A stretch of 8,078 nucleotides of DNA from the IMG/VR virus record IMGVR_UViG_2563366974_000015. The stretch is one strand, 5' to 3'. This DNA is from a virus (taxonomy: Duplodnaviria > Heunggongvirae > Uroviricota > Caudoviricetes). Within the stretch, counting starts at the first letter, position 1. Each line of letters begins with the position of its first letter. Made by a program: the position numbers and the translations under genes. The notes beneath the pieces are model-generated. The model saw only the letters and a program-made list of their open reading frames with translations, did no database searches and was not told where the DNA came from. This document shows positions 1 through 6,937 of the stretch, piece by piece.

Positions 1-2301
1 GATAAGGTGTGGACCTATAACCGCAGTAATGTGGTGATGCCGGATGATGGCGCGCCGTTCCGCTACAGCTTCAGCGCCCTGAAGGACCGCCATAATGCCG
101 TTGAGGTGAACTGGATTGACCCGAACAACGGCTGGGAGACGGCGACAGAGCTTGTTGAAGATACGCAGGCCATTGCCCGTTACGGTCGTAATGTCACGAA
201 GATGGATGCCTTTGGTTGTACCAGTCGGGGGCAGGCACACCGAGCCGGGCTGTGGCTGATTAAAACGGAACTGCTGGAAACGCAGACCGTGGATTTCAGC
301 GTGGGCGCAGAAGGGCTTCGCCATGTGCCGGGCGATGTTATTGAAATCTGCGATGATGACTATGCCGGTATCAGCATCGGTGGTCGCGTGCTGGCGGTGA
401 ACAGCCAGACCCGGACGCTGACGCTCGACCGTGAAATCACGCTGCCATCCTCCGGCACCACGCTGATAAGCCTGGTTGACGGTGAGGGTAATCCGGTCAG
501 CGTGGAGGTCCAGTCCGTCACCGACGGCGTGAAGGTGAAAGTGAGCCGTGTTCCTGACGGCGTTGCTGAATACAGCGTGTGGGGGCTGAAGCTGCCGACG
601 CTGCGCCAGCGCCTGTTCCGCTGCGTGAGTATCCGTGAGAACGACGACGGCACGTATGCCATCACTGCCGTGCAGCATGTACCGGAGAAAGAGGCCATCG
701 TGGATAACGGGGCGCACTTTGACGGCGACCAGAGCGGCACGGTGAATGGTGTCACGCCGCCAGCGGTGCAGCACCTGACCGCCGAAGTCACCGCAGACAG
801 CGGGGAATATCAGGTGCTGGCGCGATGGGACACGCCGAAAGTGGTGAAGGGCGTGAGCTTCCTGCTTCGCCTTACCGTGGCAGCGGACGACGGCAGTGAG
901 CGGCTGGTCAGCATGGCCCGGACGACGGAAACCACATACCGCTTCAGGCAACTGGCGCTGGGGCGTTACACGCTGACGGTCCGGGCGGTAAATGCGTGGG
1001 GGCTGCAGGGCGATCCGGCATCGGTATCGTTCCGGATTGCGGCACCGGCAGCGCCGTCTCGTATTGAACTGATACCAGGGTATTTTCAGATAACCGCGGT
1101 CCCACATCTTGCGGTTTATGACCCGACGGTGCAGTTTGAGTTCTGGTTCTCGGAAAAACGGATTACGGATATCAGGCAGGTTGAAACCAGAGCCCGCTAT
1201 CTTGGCACGGCGCTGTACTGGATAGCCGCCAGTATCAATATCAAGCCGGGTCATGATTATTACTTTTACGTTCGCAGCGTGAACACCGTTGGCAAATCGG
1301 CATTCGTGGAGGCTGTTGGTCGGGCGAGCGATGATGCGGAAGGTTACCTGGATTTTTTCAAAGGCCAGATAACCGAATCCCATCTTGGCAAGGAGCTGCT
1401 GGAAAAAGTCGAGCTGACGGAGGATAACGCCAGCAAACTGGAGGAGTTTTCGAAAGAGTGGAAGGACGCCAGTGATAAGTGGAATGCCATGTGGGGCGTC
1501 AAAATTGAACAGACCAAAGACGGCAAACATTATGTCGCGGGTATTGGCCTCAGCATGGAGGACACGGAGGAAGGCAAACTGAGCCAGTTCCTGGTTGCCG
1601 CTAACCGTATCGCGTTTATTGATCCGTCTAATGGCAACACAAGACCAATGTTTGTTGGTCAGGGCGATCAGATATTCATGAACGACGTGTTCCTGAAACG
1701 CCTGACGGCTCCGACCATTACCAGCGGCGGTAATCCTCCGGCATTTTCCCTGACACCGGATGGGCGGCTGACGGCGAAAAATGCCGATATCAGCGGTAAC
1801 GTGAATGCGAACTCCGGGACGCTCAACAACGTCACGATTAACGAGAACTGTCGGGTTCTGGGAAAACTGTCCGCGAACCAGATTGAAGGCGATCTCGTTA
1901 AAACAGTGGGCAAAGCTTTCCCCCGGGACTCCCGTGCACCGGAACGGTGGCCATCAGGGACCATTACCGTCAGGGTTTATGACGATCAGCCGTTTGACCG
2001 GCAGATTGTTATTCCTGCAGTGGCATTCAGCGGCGCTAAACATGAGAGAGAGCATACTGATATTTACTCCTCATGCCGTCTGATAGTGCGGAAAAACGGT
2101 GCTGAAATTTATAACCGTACCGCGCTGGATAATACGCTGATTTACAGTGGCGTTATTGATATGCCTGCCGGTCACGGTCACATGACGCTGGAGTTTTCGG
2201 TGTCAGCATGGCTGGTAAATGACTGGTATCCCACAGCAAGTATCAGCGATTTGCTGGTTGTGGTGATGAAGAAAGCCACCGCAGGCATCAGTATCAGCTG
2301 A
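1..2301 (+). CDS. J: Host specificity protein J (tail tip / central fibre), C-terminal ~767 codons; 5' end lies upstream of the window
   Basis: Frame 1 is open from nt 1 (the ORF track starts at an internal GTG at 7) to TGA 2299-2301. The translation has a fibronectin-III-like stretch ([23 protein letters not shown]) and a lambda-J-like C-terminus ([32 protein letters not shown]). It sits immediately upstream of lom and stf as in lambda. Recognised from memory, no search run. Confidence 0.88.
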   Translation, partial: DKVWTYNRSNVVMPDDGAPFRYSFSALKDRHNAVEVNWIDPNNGWETATELVEDTQAIARYGRNVTKMDAFGCTSRGQAHRAGLWLIKTELLETQTVDFSVGAEGLRHVPGDVIEICDDDYAGISIGGRVLAVNSQTRTLTLDREITLPSSGTTLISLVDGEGNPVSVEVQSVTDGVKVKVSRVPDGVAEYSVWGLKLPTLRQRLFRCVSIRENDDGTYAITAVQHVPEKEAIVDNGAHFDGDQSGTVNGVTPPAVQHLTAEVTADSGEYQVLARWDTPKVVKGVSFLLRLTVAADDGSERLVSMARTTETTYRFRQLALGRYTLTVRAVNAWGLQGDPASVSFRIAAPAAPSRIELIPGYFQITAVPHLAVYDPTVQFEFWFSEKRITDIRQVETRARYLGTALYWIAASINIKPGHDYYFYVRSVNTVGKSAFVEAVGRASDDAEGYLDFFKGQITESHLGKELLEKVELTEDNASKLEEFSKEWKDASDKWNAMWGVKIEQTKDGKHYVAGIGLSMEDTEEGKLSQFLVAANRIAFIDPSNGNTRPMFVGQGDQIFMNDVFLKRLTAPTITSGGNPPAFSLTPDGRLTAKNADISGNVNANSGTLNNVTINENCRVLGKLSANQIEGDLVKTVGKAFPRDSRAPERWPSGTITVRVYDDQPFDRQIVIPAVAFSGAKHEREHTDIYSSCRLIVRKNGAEIYNRTALDNTLIYSGVIDMPAGHGHMTLEFSVSAWLVNDWYPTASISDLLVVVMKKATAGISIS

Positions 2302-2320
2302 ATTTTATAACCCATATACG

Positions 2321-2347
2321 GGCGCCAGAAATGGCGCCTTTTTTATT
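2321..2347 (+). terminator. Rho-independent terminator downstream of J
   Basis: Perfect inverted repeat GGCGCC (2321-2326) / GGCGCC (2333-2338) with a 6-nt loop AGAAAT, followed by the T-run TTTTTTTATT (2339-2347). Confidence 0.6.
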
Positions 2348-2368
2348 GCAGAAAAGCGAGAGGTAATT

Positions 2369-2968
2369 ATGCGTAAAGTTTGTGCAGCCATTTTGTCCGC
2401 AGCCATTTGTCTGGCCGTATCCGGTGCGCCTGCATGGGCGTCTGAACATCAGTCCACGCTGAGCGCGGGGTATCTTCATGCCTCGACGAACGTCCCCGGC
2501 AGTGATGATCTGAACGGGATTAACGTGAAATACCGTTATGAGTTTACGGACACACTGGGGCTGGTGACGTCATTCAGCTATGCAGGAGACAAGAATCGCC
2601 AGCTGACCCGTTACAGCGATACCCGCTGGCATGAAGATTCCGTTCGTAACCGCTGGTTCAGCGTAATGGCGGGGCCGTCTGTGCGCGTGAATGAATGGTT
2701 CAGCGCGTATGCGATGGCGGGTGTAGCTTACAGCCGTGTGTCGACTTTCTCCGGGGATTATCTTCGCGTAACTGACAACAAGGGGAAAAAGCACGATGTG
2801 CTGACCGGAAGTGATGACGGTCGCCACAGCAACACGTCTCTGGCGTGGGGGGCTGGCGTGCAGTTTAACCCGACCGAATCCGTGGCCATTGATATTGCTT
2901 ATGAAGGCTCCGGCAGTGGCGACTGGCGCACTGACGGTTTCATCGTGGGTGTCGGTTATAAGTTCTGA
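2369..2968 (+). CDS. lom: Lom / Ail-family outer-membrane beta-barrel protein (prophage moron)
   Basis: 199-aa ORF with a signal-peptide-like N-terminus (MRKVCAAILSAAICLAVSGAPAWA). Shine-Dalgarno GAGAGG at 2358-2363, 5 nt before the ATG. The C-terminus VAIDIAYEGSGSGDWRTDGFIVGVGYKF matches the conserved end of lambda Lom as I recall it, and the gene is in the lambda position between J and stf. Confidence 0.88.
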   Translation: MRKVCAAILSAAICLAVSGAPAWASEHQSTLSAGYLHASTNVPGSDDLNGINVKYRYEFTDTLGLVTSFSYAGDKNRQLTRYSDTRWHEDSVRNRWFSVMAGPSVRVNEWFSAYAMAGVAYSRVSTFSGDYLRVTDNKGKKHDVLTGSDDGRHSNTSLAWGAGVQFNPTESVAIDIAYEGSGSGDWRTDGFIVGVGYKF

Positions 2969-2994
2969 TTAGCCAGGTAACACAGTGTTATGAC

Positions 2995-3022
2995 AGCCCG
3001 CCGGTTCAGGCGGGCTTTTTTG
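2995..3022 (+). terminator. Rho-independent terminator downstream of lom
   Basis: 8-bp perfect stem AGCCCGCC (2995-3002) / GGCGGGCT (3009-3016), 6-nt loop GGTTCA, followed by a T6 run ending at 3021. Confidence 0.6.
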
Positions 3023-3032
3023 TGGAGTGGAT

Positions 3033-4619
3033 ATGGCAGCAGTAAAAATCTCAGGTGTGCTGAAAGATGGTGCGGGAAAACCAATACAGAACTGCACTAT
3101 TCAACTGAAGGCAAAGCGTAACAGCACCACGGTACTGGTGAACACGGTGGCCTCTGAAAATCCGGATGAAGCCGGGCGTTACAGCATGGATGTTGAGTAT
3201 GGTCAGTACAGCGTCACCCTGCTGGTTGAAGGTTTTCCGCCTTCACATGCCGGGACCATTACCGTCTATGAAGGTTCCAGACCAGGTACGCTGAATGATT
3301 TTCTCGGTGCCATGACGGAAGATGATGTCATGCCGGAGGCATTGCGTCGTTTTGAGGCAATGGTGGAAGAAGCGGCACGCAACGCCGAAGCCGCCTCTCA
3401 GAGCGCAGCAGCGGCAAAGAAATCCGAAACTGCAGCGGCATCATCGAAGAACGCGGCGAAAACCTCAGAAACAAATGCAGCTAACAGCGCACAGGCGGCA
3501 GCGTCCTCGCAGACTGCATCGGCAAACTCCGCGACAGCAGCCAAAAAATCAGAAACCAACGCGAAAAATAGCGAGACAGCCGCAAAGACGAGCGAAACCA
3601 ACGCAAAGTCCAGCCAGACGGCAGCGAAAACCAGCGAAACGAATGCCAAAGCCAGTGAAACTGCGGCAAAAAACAGCCAGGTTGCAGCAGCCCAAAGCGA
3701 GAGCGCGGCAGCCGGTTCTGTGACTTTAGCAGCTGGATCAGCAACTGCTGCGGCTAACAGCCAGAAAGCTGCGAAGACGAGTGAAACTAACGCAAAGTCC
3801 AGCCAGACGGCAGCGAAGACCAGCGAAACGAATGCCAAAGCCAGCGAAACTGCGGCGAAAAACAGTCAGGATGCAGCAGCCCAAAGCGAGAGTGCTGCAG
3901 CCGGTTCTGCAAGCGCGGCGGCTGCTTCTGCCACTGCATCAGCCAACAGTCAAAAAGCAGCAAAAACCAGTGAAACCAACGCAAAGGTGAGCGAAACAGC
4001 GGCTGCGAACTCAGCGAAAGCATCGGCAGCAAGCCAGACGGCAGCTAAAGCAAGCGAAGATGCAGCCAGAGAGTACGCAAGCCAGGCTGCGGAGCCGTAT
4101 AAATATGTCTTACAGCCGCTGCCTGATGTGTGGATACCATTTAACGATTCACTGGATATGATTACGGGCTTTTTGCCATCATATAAAAAGATTGTTATTG
4201 GTGACGACGAAATAACGATGCCTGGCGACAAGATTGTTAAGTTTAAACGTGCATCGAAAGCAACCTATATTAACAAATCTGGTGTGCTGACAGAGGCTGC
4301 CATTGATGAGCCACGATTTGAACGTGATGGCCTGCTTATTGAGGGGCAAAGAACTAATCTTCTGCTTAATTCAACAAATCCATCTAAATGGAATAAGTCA
4401 GGCAATCTGGAACTCACAGAAATATCCACGGATTCTTTTAATTTTACTTATGGCAGATTTACTGTACAAGATTCGCTTATTGGTACGAGAAAAGCGATTA
4501 ACATCGTCAGGCTGTCTTCGAGTACAGGGGGGGATGTTACTTGTGATGAAGAAAAGGAGGTCACTATATGCTGTGGAATAAAAAGTGAAGAAGATAATAG
4601 GGGCGGTTGTATTTTATAA
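3033..4619 (+). CDS. stf: Side tail fibre protein Stf: lambda-like N-terminal attachment domain plus fibre repeats; C-terminal part appears truncated or disrupted
   Basis: ATG 3033 is preceded by GGAG at 3024-3027; the ORF track begins at an in-frame GTG at 3027. The N-terminus MAAVKISGVLKDGAGKPIQNCTIQLKAKRNSTTVLVNTVASENPDEAGRYSMDVEYGQYSV closely matches lambda Stf as remembered. The central region is Ala/Ser/Thr-rich with SETNAK-type repeats. The ORF ends at TAA 4617-4619, but the same frame reopens after a second stop (TAG 4632-4634). Confidence 0.8.
   Translation: MAAVKISGVLKDGAGKPIQNCTIQLKAKRNSTTVLVNTVASENPDEAGRYSMDVEYGQYSVTLLVEGFPPSHAGTITVYEGSRPGTLNDFLGAMTEDDVMPEALRRFEAMVEEAARNAEAASQSAAAAKKSETAAASSKNAAKTSETNAANSAQAAASSQTASANSATAAKKSETNAKNSETAAKTSETNAKSSQTAAKTSETNAKASETAAKNSQVAAAQSESAAAGSVTLAAGSATAAANSQKAAKTSETNAKSSQTAAKTSETNAKASETAAKNSQDAAAQSESAAAGSASAAAASATASANSQKAAKTSETNAKVSETAAANSAKASAASQTAAKASEDAAREYASQAAEPYKYVLQPLPDVWIPFNDSLDMITGFLPSYKKIVIGDDEITMPGDKIVKFKRASKATYINKSGVLTEAAIDEPRFERDGLLIEGQRTNLLLNSTNPSKWNKSGNLELTEISTDSFNFTYGRFTVQDSLIGTRKAINIVRLSSSTGGDVTCDEEKEVTICCGIKSEEDNRGGCIL
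3582..3909 (+). repeat. In-frame tandem direct repeat inside stf (two 139-bp copies, 189-bp period)
   Basis: Copy 1 (3582-3720) and copy 2 (3771-3909) align base for base with about ten mismatches. Both encode AAKTSETNAKSSQTAAKTSETNAKASETAAKNSQ.AAAQSESAAAGS. Shorter SETNAK-type units recur from about 3400 to 4070. Confidence 0.85.
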
Positions 4620-4805
4620 GACCATGATGGTTAGGAGGTCAGGTTTTCAGTAGGTACTGCACGCATTAACTCAACAATTGTAATTGTTAGCAATAGAAGT
4701 GATGCAGGCCGTGTTATAGCAAAGTCTGTTAAAGATGATGTAACTGGCTGGATATTTTTTGAGGCTACAATAAATGCACATAAAACAGAAAACACGGTTG
4801 GTGGG

Positions 4806-5411
4806 ATGGTTCAGTACGCTCCTGTAAAAGGTTCAGGTACAGCATCTGGAGACTATCTGGATATCGCAACTCCACAAGTGGAAGGTGGATCAAGTGCTTC
4901 GTCATTTATTGTAACTGATATAACTGCAAGCACTCGCGCAAGCGATATGGTGACAGTCCCAATCAAGAATAACCTTTATAATCTTCCTTTTACGGTTCTT
5001 TGTGAGGTACATAAGAACTGGTATAAAACGCCAAATGCAGCACCGCGTGTTTTTGATACCGGCGGTCATCAAACCGGAGCGGCTATTATTCTTGGCTTCG
5101 GTCGTTCAACAGATTACGACGGATTTCCTTATTGTGATATAGGTTTGGCTAACAGACGGGTAAACGAAAACGCATCGCTTGAAAAAATGGTTATGGGGAT
5201 GCGTGTAAAGTCAGATCAGTCTACGTGCTCAGTAAGTAACGGGCGTATATCCAGCGAAAAGAAAGCCACATGGTCCTATATTCAGAACTCCGCAATTATC
5301 CGTATTGGAGGCCAGACTACAGCCGGGTTGCGTCATTTATTTGGTCATGTCAGGAATTTCAGAATATGGCACAAGGCATTGACTGATGCTCAGATGGGGG
5401 AGTCAATCTAA
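4806..5411 (+). CDS. LamG/concanavalin-A-like domain protein; probably the detached C-terminal receptor-binding part of the tail fibre
   Basis: 201-aa ORF from ATG 4806, but the same frame is stop-free back to 4635 with no canonical start codon in that stretch, and it is the stf frame. The C-terminal signature IRIGGQTTAGLRHLFGHVRNFRIWHKALTDAQM is typical of LamG-like jelly-roll lectin domains. The ribosome-binding site at 4806 is weak (GGTTGGTGGG directly abutting the ATG). Low-GC region. Confidence 0.5.
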   Translation: MVQYAPVKGSGTASGDYLDIATPQVEGGSSASSFIVTDITASTRASDMVTVPIKNNLYNLPFTVLCEVHKNWYKTPNAAPRVFDTGGHQTGAAIILGFGRSTDYDGFPYCDIGLANRRVNENASLEKMVMGMRVKSDQSTCSVSNGRISSEKKATWSYIQNSAIIRIGGQTTAGLRHLFGHVRNFRIWHKALTDAQMGESI

Positions 5412-5692
5412 TGAAAGATTTAACACTCAAATTTGCAGACAGGGCCGACTTTTCGGCCTTTATGGATAGCATTGGCTATTATGATGACGAGTCGATGCAG
5501 GATGATATTCTTATTGACGTGATAGGTAACGTGTACAAAGAAACCGGAGAACTGACTGAAGATGGCGAACCGGTATGTGTTAAGGAAGATGGATATTTTG
5601 TAAACGTGCGCATCATTAATGATGCAAAAAAATCGTTAATATTCGATGAATACGCGGTTGTAGTTGAACATCAACTTCGTGGCTGGATGTGA
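5411..5692 (+). CDS. Hypothetical small acidic protein (93 aa); possible tip-specific assembly factor
   Basis: The start overlaps the upstream stop by one base (TAATG at 5409-5413), suggesting translational coupling. Acidic composition (many D/E). No family recognised. Confidence 0.55.
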   Translation: MKDLTLKFADRADFSAFMDSIGYYDDESMQDDILIDVIGNVYKETGELTEDGEPVCVKEDGYFVNVRIINDAKKSLIFDEYAVVVEHQLRGWM

Positions 5693-5701
5693 GGGAGACA
5701 A

Positions 5702-6406
5702 ATGGCTACATCGACAGTAATTCCAGGAGACATCACCACGTTAAAGGGAGATGTCAGTAAAGCCAAGGAAGATATTTCCTCAATTAACGGAAAAGTATCA
5801 ACGCTTCAGGCTGATATGACCAGTGCAAAGCAGGATATCAGCACCAGATACACAAAAACTGAAGTTGATAATAAGCTGAAAAACAAACTGGAAGTGAACG
5901 CTCTGGAAAGCGGTCGTTATGGTGGAGATTTTTACCCGTTGACTGGCCGTGAAGCGTTTTATTTGTGGGGATTGGGCACGACTACAGCGGCGGCAAACCT
6001 TTATCTTAATCCTGACCCCGCAATTTCGTCTGTGCTGCGGTCAACATCGTCTATCCGCTATAAACATTCAGTAGAGACAATAGATTCAGAGCACGCCGAT
6101 CTCATTTTCAGGATGCGCCCTGTGTGGTACAGGTCACAATGCGAAAATGACAGGCGTGACTGGGGATTCTACGGATTGATTGCCGAGGAAGTAGGAGAAA
6201 TTGCCCCTCAGTTTGTACACTGGCGACCAGCTAACGAAGATGATGCACCGGAAGCTATTTCCAGCAATGGCCTTGTTGCCGAAGGTGTAATGTACGAACG
6301 TCTGGTTGTTCCACTGATTCACCATATCCAGAAGCTGACTGAAAGAGTTGATGAACTTGAGTCAGAATTAAAGTTGTTATCCGTTTCCCGAAGCGATATC
6401 GGATAA
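5702..6406 (+). CDS. Short tail-fibre-like protein: N-terminal coiled-coil segment plus C-terminal intramolecular chaperone (peptidase S74-like) domain
   Basis: Shine-Dalgarno GAGGGAG at 5691-5697 precedes ATG 5702. Candidate catalytic Ser-x-x-Arg-x-Lys motif SSIRYK (residues 116-121, nt 6047-6064), followed by WGFYGLIAEEVGEIAPQFVHW and GLVAEGVMYERLVVPLIHHIQKLTERVDELESEL, which match the conserved blocks of self-cleaving C-terminal chaperone domains of phage fibres and spikes (endosialidase / T5 L-shaped fibre type). The N-terminal region has heptad-like spacing. Confidence 0.72.
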   Translation: MATSTVIPGDITTLKGDVSKAKEDISSINGKVSTLQADMTSAKQDISTRYTKTEVDNKLKNKLEVNALESGRYGGDFYPLTGREAFYLWGLGTTTAAANLYLNPDPAISSVLRSTSSIRYKHSVETIDSEHADLIFRMRPVWYRSQCENDRRDWGFYGLIAEEVGEIAPQFVHWRPANEDDAPEAISSNGLVAEGVMYERLVVPLIHHIQKLTERVDELESELKLLSVSRSDIG

Positions 6407-6416
6407 AGGAGGAGTA

Positions 6417-6710
6417 ATGGATATAACACCTTTCCTTCATGCGCTTTGTGCTGTGGCTGCGCAGCTACTGATTGGTCTTTTTACCGGGAACTGGGCTTAC
6501 GGGGCGATAGCTGGTTGTACGTTCTTCATTGCGCGTGAACACACCCAGGCAGAATATCGCTGGATTGAAATGTTCGGGCATGGCAAGCGAATGAATATGC
6601 CGTGGTGGGGCGGTTTTGATCCGCGCGCGTGGGATGTGGCAAGCCTGATGGATTTTGCTGTGCCGGTGGTGGCGTGTCTGCTGGTCTGGCTGTTGGTTAA
6701 TCGTGGGTGA
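6417..6710 (+). CDS. Hypothetical small inner-membrane protein (97 aa, 2-3 predicted transmembrane segments)
   Basis: Strong Shine-Dalgarno AGGAGGAG at 6407-6414 before ATG 6417. Hydrophobic stretches FLHALCAVAAQLLIGLFTGNWAYGAIAGCTFFIA and LMDFAVPVVACLLVWLLV flank a charged loop. GC content is higher than in the upstream cassette. Confidence 0.55.
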   Translation: MDITPFLHALCAVAAQLLIGLFTGNWAYGAIAGCTFFIAREHTQAEYRWIEMFGHGKRMNMPWWGGFDPRAWDVASLMDFAVPVVACLLVWLLVNRG

Positions 6711-6720
6711 AAAAAGGTGA

Positions 6721-6840
6721 GCTGTATATGCAACGGAGGAAGAAACCTCGTTGCTGGAAGCCTGGAAGAAGTATCGGGTGTTGCTGAACCGTGTTGATAC
6801 GTCAACTGCACAGGATATTGAATGGCCAGCACTGCCGTAG
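6721..6840 (+). pseudogene. tfa: 3' remnant of the tail fibre assembly gene tfa (last ~39 codons, no start codon)
   Basis: The frame opens just after TGA 6718-6720 and reads [39 protein letters not shown], ending at TAG 6838-6840. This matches the conserved C-terminal end of lambda-type Tfa proteins as I recall it. No upstream coding sequence or start codon is present. Confidence 0.7.
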
Positions 6841-6937
6841 GGTAAAACATATAAATTCTATAATTAGATGTATCTTTCCATTTACGGCAAGGAAGGGGGC
6901 TTGGAAGACGTAAAGCATCTCACACCGAGATTATTTT

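Noticed and set aside
360-2083. ORFs inside J on the minus strand or in other frames (360-791 -, 1344-1526 -, 1668-1964 -, 1805-2083 +)
   Set aside because: They are embedded in the long J reading frame, whose translation is recognisable, and their own translations are compositionally biased with no protein-like features.
2294-2827. Minus-strand ORFs overlapping lom (2294-2479, 2570-2827)
   Set aside because: Antisense to a well-supported lom gene with signal peptide and ribosome-binding site; they have no start context and cross the J-lom terminator.
3400-4070. Possible CRISPR array suggested by regular repeats
   Set aside because: The repeats are 139-189 bp, in frame and protein-coding, with no short repeat-spacer structure and no cas genes. 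They are fibre-shaft repeats.
3322-4231. Six alternate-frame and antisense ORFs in the track (3322-3723 +, 3398-3838 -, 3481-3744 -, 3781-3990 +, 3787-4032 -, 3950-4231 -)
   Set aside because: All overlap the stf repeat region. Their translations are low-complexity runs (poly-Ala/Leu/Phe or Arg/Gln/Pro-rich) of the kind produced by reading GC-rich repeats out of frame, while the stf frame gives a recognisable fibre protein.
4303-4581. 92-aa + strand ORF in frame +1 within the stf C-terminal region
   Set aside because: It overlaps the protein-like stf frame and its translation is hydrophobic and low-complexity. Only its last part (4582-4650 in the same frame) matters, as a possible frameshift bridge.
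4636-4652. Partial hix/gix-like half-site GGTCAGGTTTTCAGTAG just after the stf stops
   Set aside because: Only the GGTTTT half resembles the consensus; the AAACC partner half is missing and no inverted partner site was found.
3033-5411. Diversity-generating retroelement targeting the lectin-like fibre tip
   Set aside because: There is no reverse transcriptase gene and no template/variable repeat pair in the window. The LamG-like fold alone is not sufficient evidence.
6134-6850. Minus-strand ORFs 6134-6325, 6255-6440 and 6497-6850
   Set aside because: Antisense to the well-supported chaperone-domain protein, membrane protein and tfa remnant; translations lack protein-like character and have no ribosome-binding sites.
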